Of a stretch of DNA of 64,000 nucleotides, positions 40,801-55,859 are shown one piece after another. The notes below the pieces were generated by a model. The model had not been told where the DNA came from, made no database searches, and worked only from the letters and a program-made list of their open reading frames with translations. The translations under genes and the position numbers were made by a program. Each line of letters opens with the position of its first letter. The stretch's first letter is position 1. This DNA comes from Tubulanus polymorphus (lineage: Eukaryota > Animalia > Nemertea), in the NCBI RefSeq assembly GCF_964204645.1, contig NC_134030.1, positions 18,684,210 to 18,748,209 on the forward strand, in the 5' to 3' direction.

Positions 40801-41740
40801 TTCGATTCTCCTCCTCAAATCCATCCTCAGACATCATCATTATAAACGTTGCTTTATGTGATTTTATGATGTCTATATATTTGTTTCTGATCGCTGGAGC
40901 CGATTACATATATAAGGGAATCTACTTTCTCCATTCAGAATCGTGGACGGACAGTGCGCTGTGTCGTCTTGCCGGGGTCGTGGTATCTATTTCGTGTGAA
41001 GGCTCATTGACATTCTTGCTCATAATGACGCGTCATAGATATTCAAATATCGTTAATCCTTTTTCTGTGAGCCTGATTACATCTCCGAGATATGTGTCCA
41101 TTATTTGCTGTGTATGTTGGGTTGTCCTGGGCATTATTGCATTACTACCTCTTACACCTGTCCCGTACTTCGGAAGCAATTTCTACGGCGCTACAGGGGT
41201 TTGTTTACCTATGAATTTGATTTCCATTGATGTCGATGCCTGGCATTATTCGTTCATTATTTTTTCTCTGTCTACGTCAGTCATACTTGCTACGATAATG
41301 GTGACTTACGCGCAAATGTACAGGCTTGTATCTGGAAGCAGGTCTGGTTCAGGAAGAGCTGATCCTACCGAACTGATTTTGGCCCGCAGAAGTTTGGTGA
41401 TAAATCTTTGTAATGTAATTTGCTGGTTACCGTTAATTATCGTTCAGTTTTGCGCGGTATTTCGGGTGGAAATACCGAATCAGGTAGCGGCTTGGCTTGG
41501 GGTTCTTTTCTTACCAATCAACTCGTCCCTTAATCCCTTTTTATATACAATACTGACTATTGATATGAAGTCCATACGAGCAAAAGCTATGCGCCAAATG
41601 AATTGGGTGAACAAATGAAACATCTAGATTCCTTTCGCATAAGAATGCTGCATTTTTCTTTACATTCAACACAATTCTAGTTCTTGTAGTAGTCATACGC
41701 ATGGTTTTATATAGTGTTAGTTATGACTAAAAAGAACGGG

Positions 41741-41852
<112 letters not shown>

Positions 41853-42715
41853 CTTTCTTTTATATATATACTAGTCACGGATGAAATATATAGATTAAAG
41901 GTTACCCCGGATCGGTGGTATACTCCTGAAGCTTGTAGATAGATAACTACCGATAAACCATTTTACAGTCGCTAGCCGCCATTTTGTTAGGGTACTTTTG
42001 TCTGGTATTGTTGGGTAATGCTTCTCTATTTTTTAAAATCCAATTGTGATGCGTGTTTTATCACATTTCATCGGTTTGTAGATGGATTTTGACAGTGTTA
42101 GTAGGGCCTGGCTAGTATTTCAGCTATGTAAAATTCATTTGCAACATGAGATTGATATAGAAATCCGTGGCCAGTTTTTGCTGCGCGCATAGAAATTCAG
42201 GGTACTCAACTTTAAAGCTAGTTTTCTTTTTTGAATAAATTTCCTTAAATTCTAGGAACTGTGCGCATTAACACAATTCAAGTGGAATTCATAGATATCT
42301 TGCCCAGTTTTTGTTGTTCTATGATTATTTAAATGCAGCGTGTCTATTGACATTCCGAGTTTCTGCGCTGTTTTAGCTGTGTGCATTTTAGAATAAGGTG
42401 TTACTTGTTCTCATTTTCTGCTGTACCCGCAGATTGCAGCCAGCAAAATGACCCTTTGTAATAACGGATATCCCAAGGTCACTTCGACTAAGTGTCCAAT
42501 TTTATGTGATCATCAAGCTAGTTTAGGCTTACCAGGGGTACAATCATGTCGTCCACCAATCCGTCTACGGGAGAGGAGCGTATCGATCTGATTGTCAGCG
42601 TTAAATAAATACGAACAGAGACTCGACTAATTAGATGTTAAATGGTGTTTTTATTGGATGTCATCTCGATGATAATAGCAGAGAAACTGACAATTGCGTT
42701 CAAGCAATTTAACAC

Positions 42716-43916
42716 TCAATACTCGTCCCACGGACATTTTTCATGACAGGTACTTGGACAGTTTGCTTGGCAGGCATCCTTTTGAGCGGCGGGTGTTCGA
42801 CATTTTACCCAGCAATTGTTGAGACAGATTTGACAATAATCAGGCTTTACTGAATCAGCGCCACTAGCGACCATTGCGACCAGAACTAAAACTACCAGAA
42901 ACTGAAAAAGAGTATATTGTTACCAGAGCTGTACTTCCGCGGCTTATCAATGATGATCCCACAGTGGCTGCTCGCTCGAGAGTTCCACGCGTGCCAAGGG
43001 CTGATCCACAAGGTAAAACATTGTGCATTAGGACATAAACTATTCTGGCAATAGAGGATTCTACTTATGGCAAATAGGGTCCACCAGGTGTCACTAGTGT
43101 GCAACTACTGTGGCGATAGTTCAAGATCCCACAGTGAAAAAGAAATCGATGAAAATAAAACAACAAAAGAATATAGCTGCAAAGCGACGATAACGGGTTT
43201 TCTGCCAAAATAAATGTTTTTGTCGGGGATTCGAGCCAAATATGATGACTATATTATATCGCGATGTAAGCCTTAAAATCACCTTCGATATCACAGGATT
43301 AGAACGTTCACTATACGCGACACAATTCTATTTGTAGCGAATTCAAGTCATAGACGGCGGTGTCTTATTTTAACAAGTGGAAGCAAAATCTGAACCCGAT
43401 AAGATGAATGGCACTGTTTGACAAAAAATATAACGAACAAATATTTGGTATCCGAAAATCTAATTAATTGCTGAATCTTGGAACCAAACTTTATCAATTC
43501 GGGCTTACAAATTTCTAGAAATATCAAATGAGTAGGTAATGCGGTTTATGTGTTATAAGTATTATCAATCGTTCTTGTAATTGCCAAAGAGATCGGTGGC
43601 CGAAATAAATCGATATTTAGCATCAGTACACATGATGAAATACGTAAAAGACATACTAATAAAAATATCAAAACAGGACGTGTTTAGTGCTTCATAAAAA
43701 TGACGACAATTTACAAATTGACTTACTAATTCACAGAAATGGTTTGAAAGAAAAGTTTGCAAATCAACCTCCGGTCAATTTCTTTTGTAAGGTAACAACG
43801 CCAATGTACTTTTAACGAAAATAGTCTGGAAAAAGGTAAGTAGACTGACGATGGAGAATGTGAAGAGAGTTTTCTGCGAAAGTCCATAAAATCCTAATTA
43901 CCTTTGATGATAACAT
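42716..43916 (-). CDS. Secreted 8-Cys peptide, copy 3; join(43902..43916,42716..42901)
   Basis: ATG TTA TCA TCA AAG|gtaatt (synonymous TTG>TTA); exon 2 FLVVLVLVAMVASGADSVKPDYC...CPWDEY with synonymous GCA>GCT. Confidence 0.85.
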
Positions 43917-45601
43917 GATTCTCAGATACTGTAGATCTCAGATCCCTCGCGTTCGTGAAGTCAATGCGATGTGTTTTACTGCATGTGCGTTACGCAAAGA
44001 CACGGGTGGAAAATAGCCGTTAACATAATGGAGATTCGTTATTTGCTAAAACTGTTGAAATTGTGAAGATGATTCCCGACCACTCAGACGCACTTGGTAT
44101 CGTCACTGTCAAATAATATACATCGTATTACCTTGAAATCAGCAGCTGTGAAACGTACGTCACTGAGCAGAAACTTTCCCGTTGTCCTTGAGATGCTTAT
44201 TCTGACGATTCAGCATAGTCTTCATCCATCCGTCCTCTGAAATGACACCATTCTTGAATCAATAACGAGATGGTCATCATTAGCTGCTAATTATAATTTT
44301 ACTGAATCGTTGATAGTCATCGAGAATGAAAGGGTTGTCATTTGGTAAATAATCATGATTTCGGTGAATCTTAAGAATCATGTAGAGTGAGAAGGGCACA
44401 AATAACTGGTTATAATTTAACTGGAATTTACTTATTTCTATATAGTACGTATGTGAAACATCTGCTACTCAATTATCATGAATTCTGCGTCGATTTATAG
44501 AACATGTTACTTGATATAAATATTCGATTTTAAAAAAGCAGCTGGTCATGTAAGTACAGCAATTGTGATTGGAATTGATTCAGATGTACTTCGCATTATT
44601 CCAATACCGTCAAGTTCACTTAAATTACTCTAATCAATATCCTGTTGGATGATTATTATTCGAATCGATTACTAGGTTATTGAAACCCTTATCCCACCGA
44701 ATTAAATGAATTACGCATTGACTTTCTGTAGATTTTAGTACAACCAAACTTCGATGATTGATGTATTGACCTCCTTATACTGTCCTATCCTGGTCGGGAC
44801 AATGGTACATATTGTACAGCTATGCAGGCGGGTTTGTATCTTTATAAAAAAGACTGATGCTTTTTTCCGATGCGGACAGTCGCAAAGACGGACGGATCAA
44901 CGGACTGACCAACAGACGCGGGCAAAAGTTAAGGTACCAAGTTCCCCGCTAAGTCCCCGGGACAAAGATATTGTTGCGGTAAACTTACAGTATTGTTATA
45001 AGTCTACGTTAATTCTACGTCTGCGATTCTTTGCATAATGAATTGAAGCTCAGTCGATTACGTCGCATCGAGTGGACATTCTATACTTAACAACCCCTGA
45101 AAAACGGTTGAAGAAATCCTCTGAATTATCGAGAAATTACAAACAAAAGTAGGTGTATACCTGTTTTGAAACACTCTGCATATACGCGTAATGCATCAGC
45201 AAAAAATTGATATTCAGGAGCGACTTGAACGAAACGAAAATAATTTTGAGTATTTTAAAGTATGATTGGGCATATCGAAATAACCACGCGTGGAAACATG
45301 AAATTGAGAATTGCTGCTCAGAGAGATGGTACCGTAATTACTTATATATTGATGTGTATGTCGGAGAACGAATACTAATGACAGAACGGGGGAAAAATAT
45401 CACACGCGTTCGACAAAAATCAGCGGTTGAAAATAATTGCTAGATTTCTAAATTGCTGAGTGAAGCAAATAAATAATTTCACTAGAAAGAAATATACAAT
45501 TGTACATCATTTATGAGTGGAACCTGAAGATATGTGGGCAACCAAGCAGAATTTGAATAGTGAAGGAATTCCTTCATTCTGACGTGACGAAGTTACTCTG
45601 T

Positions 45602-48600
45602 ATGGATCGATTGGGAGCGCTGTTTCTAGCGTCGCTGATCGTCTGGCGAGTTATAATCGCACACGCTGATCCGTCTGACTCTGTGACGATCAGTTCCTCT
45701 TGTAACAACACTTGGTACCCCGTCGATTCTACGTCCGGTAACATCGTTTCACCGAATTACCCGTCGTTTACGCGCGGTGTTGAATGTCGTTGGTTCGTGA
45801 AAGGTTCTTTACCGGGAACTTTCAACATCAAACTATACTATGACATCGAGCCGTCGATATTCTGTAGTGCTGACTACCTTCTCGTTGATGATTCGGATAA
45901 CAGATTCTGCGGCGAAGGAGAATATGGCATCCGCCGTAACGGTTTGATCTCGCCGTTGTTGTTTAGGAGTAACGTCGATGGTGCGCGAGGCAGTCGGGTT
46001 CATATAACATATCGTTATGAACGAAATCGATTGAAAGTCAGCTGTGGTGTGACATTTACTACTCCCAGATTCAAGGAAATTATTACATCGGAGGGATACA
46101 AATATTCTATAAGCCATCTAGAGAATTGTCGTTTGTTCCTGGAATGGATGGGGATGCCATATGGTTTCGCGATGAACCTGACTTTGGTCAAGATTAGGGT
46201 TAGAATGGAATTTCTTGCTGATCCCGCGACGACTGGTAAAATCTACGACGGATGGAACAGCAGCAGTGAACCTATAGCTCTCATACCAGTACAAACCGGT
46301 CATCCAGCTTCATCATTCTATACTAAGACAAGTAAAACTATTATATCTCTCTTCTTGAATATAAACTGAATTTCGATTTTCAACTTTTGGTTCAGATGTA
46401 TAAAATATCAGATTGGAACGTCACTAATCCGTTAATCCAAATCTCTAATGACGAGTCTGGAGTGCTCATTCCTGATGACAACAGTTTACACGTAATAACC
46501 CGATCGAAACACTTACACTGCTGGTCTATCACAGTGCAGGTGTTACAGTACGTCGTCTTCAACTGGACACGTGATCTCAGCACATCCGGTGACGTCATTG
46601 GTGTATATAAACTAGAAGGGTTACGCGTTGTAGGAACTGATATTTTACTCGGTTACAACTACCTGGAATCACTGAGTGTTAAATCTGACGGCTTTCTCGT
46701 CATACTGTGCGTTTTGATGAGCGCTGATGTGATGATGTCGAAACTAGAAATATCCTACAAAATCAATTCACTAACAATAGGTTATTTACACGTTGGGAAA
46801 TCAGTGGTAAGTACTTCGTCGTGATATCTGTATTGTCGGTATTTACTTCACGATATCAAACTGCGTTCAGCAATTATTTCTTTCGAAAAATTAAAATGAT
46901 GATGAAATGTAAGATTATTTCCCATCGATATGTATCCTGTGCACGTTTAGTTTTAATGAAATGCACCCATCCAAATTGTCGTTCATATGAATCTACTTTT
47001 TGAAATGTACAACAAGCATATAACATCTTAAGTAGCGATGGAACATTCATACGATTTTGTTTGTTGTCACAGGTACGCGACCCGGAGGAATGTTTACATT
47101 CATTCAGGCTATTTCCGCTTGTAAAAAGAAAAACGTTGACGTATCGAGTGATCGAACATAAGTTGAAATGGCGAGTGGAAATATCGGAAAAACGATTTCA
47201 ACTGGCTGTCTTATCGAGAAACTGCGAGCGAGCTGGATTTTATATATATGATGCAGGTAATTTTACAGCTAGACGCTACGGTCCGTATTGTCCAGGTGAT
47301 ACCTATGGTCGGCCAGTCGTCAAGTTGATTACATCAGGAGGATCGGTTACTGTAGTAGGATACGCCTACGACTGGGATAATCAGCTAACAGTCAAGACTA
47401 ACAAACTTTCATGTATCGTGCTTCACGCTACTGATTGTGACGGGTATGTGTTAAAGCAGGGAGAAAATCGCCTTAAAACGACGTCAGACTGTATCGTGAT
47501 TCTACCCGAAAACCGACGTCTTCCTTTAAGAAATATTTACATATTATCCGACCGCGAATATCAAATTGATCGATGTGCTCCAGAATATTTTATATACGTC
47601 GCGTGCCGGCCCTATATGAATGTCAGCAGTAGTTTTATTACGGGAAATACCTCAACAAGAACTGTGTTAAACAAGGTATCATTTATTAGTCCTCATCCTT
47701 TTTTGACACCTGAGCGATTTATCAAACTGAGACGAAAGTGCTATAGAACAAAAAGGGCCGGTCATAGCGGTTTAGTCCCTAAGGATGTGTGTGGACTTGT
47801 GCAATCGCCGAACTATCCCGGACCTGCCGGAATTACTGTTCAAAGAATATTCTATGCAGTCATTTATAGATATCATTACGGAAAACTTCGTTATTACAAA
47901 TTCGTAATCAAATACATTGAAATGATTGAATGCGTTAAACAATCCAGATTCTCTAAAGATGCAGTGTTGTTCGTACAATACATAAGTGGAAAATTTACTA
48001 AAACCGAACACAAACAAGCAATCTGTGGACGACACGCAGGGCATATACTTTACAGTCTGATGGCGTCCACACATGAGTTTCAAGTGACCAACAGAATCCC
48101 AACATTTCGGATACAATACATTCTACAAGAATCATTCCCAATAAAAGACCACGAGAATAAGTGTGAGGCGGGATTTCTATATTCGGGAATTTCATGCGTG
48201 AAATACATCACGGATGAACGATTGAATTGGGAGAATGTTGAATTGTACTGTAGACAGAAGTATGCGGGACATCTACTAAGTATCAACTCAGAACAGGATA
48301 TGAATTCCATTAAAACGTTATTTGCTACAAAGCTTCTTTTAACTGCATATTCGAAGAGAGCACTCATTGTGTTGATTGGATTGAAAAAACAGGTAAATCT
48401 AATTTAAGTTGCATAAAGGTATTGATAACATTATCGGGAGTTGGGATCTCAGAAGAAGAAATTTACGGGGGAATTAACGGCCTCAAGTCTTAACGGTCAA
48501 GTTTAATTTCGGCACTAACCGTTATTAGCCAATGATTTAGTTCGTACTAGACATTACGCACATTACTTTACAATTCTCTTTTTAGCCTAAAACCAGTTTT

Positions 48601-51600
48601 TACACGTTGACTGACGGCAAACCGTTGAGTTACACAGAGTGGTATAAACCAATAAATAACGACACGATACCGGACGTACTTCAAGGGTTGATATATTATG
48701 AATAAAAACAACCGACAAATGACGTGAATATGCCGTGTACAGCGATGATACTGAATAATCCACGAGGATCAGCGAACTGGGTTCGATTCCCGTGTCAAAT
48801 AAAAGAGGTTCACGTGCGATTCTTTTGTGAATAGGAAAGAAATGATATCAATAAAAGTATGGCTGGGATAGAAAATGATTCAAAACATAATATGATATCC
48901 CAAATTAAACAAGGTATTTTGAATAACAATACGCTGAATACAATGTGTGCAATAGGTTGGTTAGGTATAGATGGACAATGTTATCGGGTACTGACACGTT
49001 GGGAAAATAAGGAAACTTTTGACGTGGTTAGTGCAAGAGAAATGTGCCGTGAGGTACGCGGGGAAATAGGTATAATACAGGACTTGACGCAAGCCAAGGA
49101 GATGATTTTCAGATTTCGTTATCAGCATCAATATGGCGCTATATTAACTTTGGATTCTAGCAAGCAGTGGATGATAATGAAGCCATTTGTTACCAGGGGT
49201 GAAATTACTTACGATCAGTCGGTTAATTGGGTAATGATACCCTGGGAAAATGCAAAAGACAAAATCCATTCTGTTTTGTGTTCCTATAATGTAACTGATG
49301 AAGAGTTGGCTTCTTTAAGTGGTTGTAAATCGTGGCAGTTTAAATGTAACGATCAAAGATGTATCAGCGACCATCGCGTATGTGATACCATACACGACTG
49401 TCGACACGGCGAAGATGAACTCAGTTGTACGGATATAAATTCATACAGTCAGTTTCAATGCTTTGATGGTGAGATTGTATCAATAAGTGGTTACTGTGAT
49501 TTCATACAGGATTGTGTGGATGGTTCTGATGAGAATTCGTGTTTTCATCCCCCGTGTTTGTCCGAGGAATTTCGTTGCATCAGTGGTCAATGTGTCAGTG
49601 GGTCGAACAGATGTGGCTAATTGTAAAGACATTTCCGATGAAATTGAATGCACCTCTAAACTATGTCAGGGGTTCTTATGTAACAGTGGGGACTGTATCA
49701 GTTCTCAGTTGTATCAGGATGGAGTTATGGATTGCAGTGGAACTCTTGAGGAAGATGAATTAGTTACGAATCCTTATATTACAGTGAATCCTACGATATA
49801 TTGCAATATTGAACACCACCGTACGATTAACTTCACAGATCACTGTACAGAATCTAATGAACAGAGATGTTCTTTCGATTCTCCTCATTGCTATTCTAGA
49901 CGTCACAGGTGTATTCTAGAACGAATGACAAATGGTTTCCCAGTTTGTAGAAACCTTGAGCACGTATTGAAATGTGAAGAATTTGTATGCCCAGTTGGTA
50001 CAGTGAAATGTCCAGCATCGTACTGTATTCCTGTCAGACAAGTGTGCGATGGTCGGTCAGATTGTCCTAACTCAGAAGACGAGGGAAACTGCGAAACTTT
50101 GTCATGTCCGGGAATGTTTAAATGTAGCCAGGAAAATCGATGTATTCCACAGACTGAAGTTTGTGATGGTGTTGTTAATTGTAAACGTACAACTGATGAC
50201 GAGGCTTTCTGTAACGTCTCGTGTCCTAAAGGTTGTGAATGTCAAGGTCATTCGATCAAATGCAACAATTCTCGGCTAGCAGATGTAAATGGCATTTTCC
50301 AAGCATCAACGCGAATTTTAATTTTGTCAAATAACCAAAGACGTCTTTACATTTTCCCAATGCGTTTATCTCCACATGCTCAACCTCACCGCCAATGAAT
50401 TGTCTTACCTTTTACCAAACTTGTTCAAGAACCTGCATAACTTACATACATTAGACCTCACGCACAATAATATAACATCATTATCCACAAATACGTTTAC
50501 TGGTCTGTATAGTTTGAAATAGTTATTCATAACTGAAAACCTACTACGTCGTTTAGAGGATGACACCTTCCAAGATTTAAAGTCACTTCAAGTTCTTGAT
50601 CTTCATGGACTTTCCTTGTTCGTGCTTGACAGATTCGTATTTAGAGGTCTATCTTCTTTACGATCGTTGAATATCAGTGGTAACAGAATACGTCGTATTT
50701 CACTATACGCATTTTTTGGATTAACTACACTTGAGACCCTCGATATAACCGATAATTACAAAGTCATTTCTGTAGATAGACAAGTTTTTGACAATGTAAC
50801 GACATTAGCATTTCTAACGTCTGATGCTTAAAAATTTTGCTGCATGGCTCCGAATGTTGACCAGTGCCTTCCCGAAGCTGATCAATTTTCCTCCTGTTCA
50901 GATCTTATTGGGAATACAGCTCTCAGAGCTATCATCTGGGTCATCGCTTCATGTAGTTTCTTTACTAACGGATTTGTCATTTCCCTTCGCATTCGAGCGA
51001 TTCGATTCTCCTCCTCAAATCCATCCTCAGACATCATCATTATAAACGTTGCTTTATGTGATTTTATGATGTCTATATATTTGTTTCTGATCGCTGGAGC
51101 CGATTACATATATAAGGGAATCTACTTTCTCCATTCAGAATCGTGGACGGACAGTGCGCTGTGTCGTCTTGCCGGGGTCGTGGTATCTATTTCGTGTGAA
51201 GGCTCATTGATATTCTTGCTCATAATGACGCGTCATAGATATTCAAATATCGTTAATCCTTTTTCTGTGAGCCTGATTACATCTCCGAGATACGTGTCCA
51301 TTATATGCTGTATATGTTGGGTTGTCCTGGGCATTATTGCATTACTACCTCTTACACCTGTCCCGTACTTCGGAAGCAATTTCTACGGCGCTACAGGGGT
51401 TTGTTTACCTATGAATTTGATTTCCATTGATGTCGATGCCTGGCATTATTCGTTCATTATTTTTTCTCTGTCTACGTCAGTCATACTTGCTACGATAATG
51501 GTGACTTACGCGCAAATGTACAGGCTTGTATCTGGAAGCAGGTCTGGTTCAGGAAGAGCTGATCCTACCGAACTGATTTTGGCCCGCAGAAGTTTGGTGA

Positions 51601-51818
51601 TAAATCTTTGTAATGTAATTTGCTGGTTACCGTTAATTATCGTTCAGTTTTGCGCGGTATTTCGGGTGGAAATACCGAATCAGGTAGCGGCTTGGCTTGG
51701 GGTTCTTTTCTTACCAATCAACTCGTCCCTTAATCCCTTTTTATATACAATACTGACTATTGATATAAAGTCCATACGAGCAAAAGCTATGCGCCAAATG
51801 AATTGGGTGAACAAATGA
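45602..51818 (+). pseudogene. GRL101: GRL101-like GPCR copy E (heavily disabled); exons 45602..46806, 47073..48392, 48586..51818
   Basis: 2-nt insertion at ~46345; stops at 48703, 48832, 50520 and 50829; 8-nt deletions at ~49615 and ~50339. Confidence 0.92.
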
Positions 51819-51904
51819 AACATCTAGATTCCTTTCGCATAAGAATGCTGCATTTTTCTTTACATTCAACACAATTCTAGTTCTTGTAGTAGTCATACGC
51901 ATGG

Positions 51905-52055
<151 letters not shown>

Positions 52056-52953
52056 CGTTCTTTTTAGTCATAACTAACACTGTATATACCCTTTCTTTAA
52101 TATATATACTAGTCACGGATGAGATATATAGATTAACGGGTCACAGGCCCCGGATCGGTGGTACACTCCTGAAGTTTGTTGATAGATAACTACCAATAAA
52201 CCATTTTACAGTCGCTAGCCGCCATTTTGTTAGGGTACTTTTGTCCGGTAATGTTGGGTAGTTTCTCTTTTTTTTTAAAATCCAATTGTGATGCGTGTTT
52301 TATCATATTTCATCGGTTTGTAGATGGATTTTGACAGTGTTAGTAGGGCCTGGCTAGTATTTCAGCTATGTAAAATTCATTTGCAACATGAGATTGATAT
52401 AGAAATCCGTGGCCAGTTTTTGCTGCGCGCATAGAAATTCAGGGTACTCAACTTTAAAGCTAGTTTTTTAAAAATAAATTTCCTTAAATTCTAGGAACTG
52501 TGCGCATTAACACAATTCAAGTGGAATTCATAGATATCTTGCCCAGTTTTCGTTGTTCTATGTTATTTAACTGCAGCGCGTCTATTGACATTCCGAGTTT
52601 CTGCGCTGTTTCAACTTTGTGTATTTTAGAATAAGGTGTTACTTGTTCTCATTTTCTGCTGTACCCGCAGATTGCAGCCAGCAAAATGACCCTTTACAAT
52701 AACGGATATCCCAAGGTCACTTCGACTTAGTCTCAAATTTTATGTGATAATCAAGCTAGTTTAGGCCTACCAGGGGTGCAATCATGTCGTCCACCAATCC
52801 GTCTACGAGAGAGGAGCGTATCGATCTGATTGTCAGCGTTAAATAAAAACGAACAGAGATTCGACTAATTAGATGTTAAATGGTGTTTTTATTGGATGTC
52901 ATCTCGATGATAATAGCAGAGAAACTGACAATTGCTTTCAAGCAATTTAACAC

Positions 52954-54156
52954 TCAATACTCGTCCCACGGACATTTTTCATGACAGGTACTTGGACAGT
53001 TTGCTTGGCAGGCATCCTTTTGTGCGGCGGGTGTTCGACATTTTACCCAGCAATTGTTGAGACAGATTTGACAATAATCAGGCTGCGCTGAATCAGCGCC
53101 ACTAGCGACCATTGCGACCAGAGCTAAAACTACCAGAAACTGAAAAAGAGTATATTGTTACCAGAGCTGTACTTCCGCGGCTTATCAATGATGATTCCAC
53201 AGTGGCTGCTCGCTCGAGAGTTCCACGCGTGCCAAGGGCTGACCCACAAGGTAAAATATTGTGCAGTAGGACATAAACCACTTTGGCAATAGAGGATTCT
53301 ACTTGTGGCAAGTAGGGTCCACCAGGTGTCACTAGTGTGCAACTACTGTGGCGATAGTTCAAGATCCCACAGTGAAAAAGAAATCGATGAAAATAAAACA
53401 ACAAAAGAATATAGCTGCAAAGCGACGATAACGGGTTTTCTGCCAAAATAAATGTTTTTGTCGGGGATTCGAGCCAAATATGATGACTATATTATATCGC
53501 GATGTAAGCCTTAAAATCACCTTCGATATCACAGGATTAGAACGTTCACTATACGCGACACAATTCTATTTGTAGCGAATTCAAGTCATAGACGGCGGTG
53601 TCTTATTTTGAAATGTGGAAGCAAAATCTGAACCCGATAAGATGAATGGCACTGTTTGACAAAAAAATATAACGAACAAATATTTGGTATCCGAAAATCT
53701 AATTAATTGCTGAATCTCGGAACCAAACTTTATCAATTCGGGCTTACAAATTTCTAGAAATATCAAATGAGTAGGTAATGCGGTTTATGTGTTATAAGTA
53801 TTATCAATTGTTCTTGTAATTGCCAAAGAGTTCGGTGGCCCTAATAAATCTATAATTAACATCAGTACACATGATGAAATACGTAAAAGACATAATAATC
53901 AAAATATCAAAACAGGACGTGTTTAGTGCTTCATAAAAATGACGACAATTTACAAATTGACTTACTAATTCACAGAAATGGTTTGAAAGGAAAGTTTGCA
54001 AATCAACTTCCGGTCAGTTTTTTTTTGTAAGGTAACAACACCAATATACTTTTAACGAAAATAGTGTGGAAAAAGGTAAGTAGACTGACGATGGAGAATG
54101 TGAAGAGAGTTTTCAGCGAAAGTCCATAAAATCCTAATTACCTTTGATGACAACAT
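52954..54156 (-). CDS. Secreted 8-Cys peptide, copy 4; join(54142..54156,52954..53139)
   Basis: Same protein as copy 1; splice sites and AATAAA intact. Confidence 0.85.
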
Positions 54157-55859
54157 GTTTTGCCGATATTGTAGATCTCAGATCCCTCGCGTTCGTGGAG
54201 TCAATGCGATGTGTTTTACTGCATGTGCGTTACGCAAAGACACGGGTGGAAAATAGCCGTTTTAATAATGGAGATTCGTTATTTGCTAAAACTGTTGAAA
54301 TTGTGAAGATGATTCCCGACCACTCAGACGCACTCGGTATCGTCAATGTCAAATAATATATATCGTATTACATTGAAATCAGCAGCTGTGAAACGTACGT
54401 CCCTGAGCAGAAACTACCCCGTTGTCCTTGAGATGCTTATTCTGACGATTCCGCATAGTCTTCATCCATCCGTCCTCTGAAATGACACCATTCTTGAATC
54501 GTTGAATTCACCAAGAACGAGATGGTCATCATTAGCTGCTAATTATAATTTTACTGAATCGTTGATAGTCATCGAGAATGAAAGGGTTGTCATTTGGTAA
54601 ATAATCATGATTTCGGTGAATCTTAAGAATCATGTAGAGTGAGAAGGCCACAAATAACTGGTTATAATTTAACTGGAATTTACTTATTTCTATATAGTAC
54701 GTATGTGAAACATCTGCTACTCAATTATCATGAATTCTGCGTCGATGTATAAAACATGTTACTTGATATAAATATTCGATTTTAAAAAAGCAGCTGGTCA
54801 TGTAAGTACAGCAATTGTGATTGGAATTGATTCAGATGTACTTCGCATTATTCCAATACCGTCAAGTTCACTTAAATTACTCTAATCAATATCCTGTTGG
54901 ATGATTATCATTCGAATCGATTACTATGTTATTGAAACCCTTATCCCAACACGCACCGAATTATATATAAGTATAGACTTTCTGTAGATTCTAGTACTAC
55001 CAAACTTCGATGATTGATGTATTGACCTCCTTATCCTGTCCTATCCTGGTCGGGACAATGGTGTACACATTGTACAGCTATGCAGGCGGGTTTGTATCTT
55101 TATAAAAAAAGACTGATGCTTTTTTCCGATGCGGACAGTCGCAAAGACGGACGGATCAACGGACTGACCAACAGACGCGGGCAAAAGTTAAGGTACCAAG
55201 TTCCCCGCTAAGTCCCCGGGACAAAGATATTGTTGCGGTAAACTTGCAGTATTGTTATAATTCTACGTTTATTCTACGTCTGCGATTCTTTGCATAATGA
55301 ATTGAAGCTAAGTCGATTACGTCGCATCGAGTGGACATTCTATACTTAACAACCGCTGAAAAACGGTTGAAGAAATCCTCTGAATTGTCGAGAAATTACA
55401 AACAAAAGTAGGTGTATACCTGTTTTGAAACACTCTGCATATACGCGTAATGCATCAGCAAAAAATGATATTCAGGAGCGACTTGAACGAAACGAAAATA
55501 ATTTTGAGTATTTTAAAGTATGATTGGGCATATCGAAATAACCACGCGTGGAAACATGAAATTGAGAATTGCTGCTCAGAGAGATGGTACCGTAATTACT
55601 AATATATTGATGTGTATGTCGGAGAACGAATACTAATGACAGAACGGGGGAAAAATATCACACGCGTTCGACAAAAATCAGCGGTTGAAAATAATTGCTA
55701 GATTTCTAAATTGCTGAGTGAAGCAAATAAATAATTTCACTAGAAAGAAATATACAATTGTTCATCATTTATGAGTGGAACCTGAAGATATGTGGGCAAC
55801 CAAGCAGAATTTGAATAGTGAAGGAATTCCTTCATTCTGACGTGACGAAGTTACTCTGT

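Larger units (their letters stand above)
32696..41618 (+). pseudogene. GRL101: GRL101-like GPCR copy D; exons 32696..33901, 34168..38177 (interrupted by transposon 35178..37837), 38370..41618
   Basis: All splice sites are canonical. Removing the transposon and one TSD copy restores an uninterrupted 1,931-aa frame (402+447+1082 aa). Upstream sequence is unrelated to that of the other copies. Confidence 0.9.
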
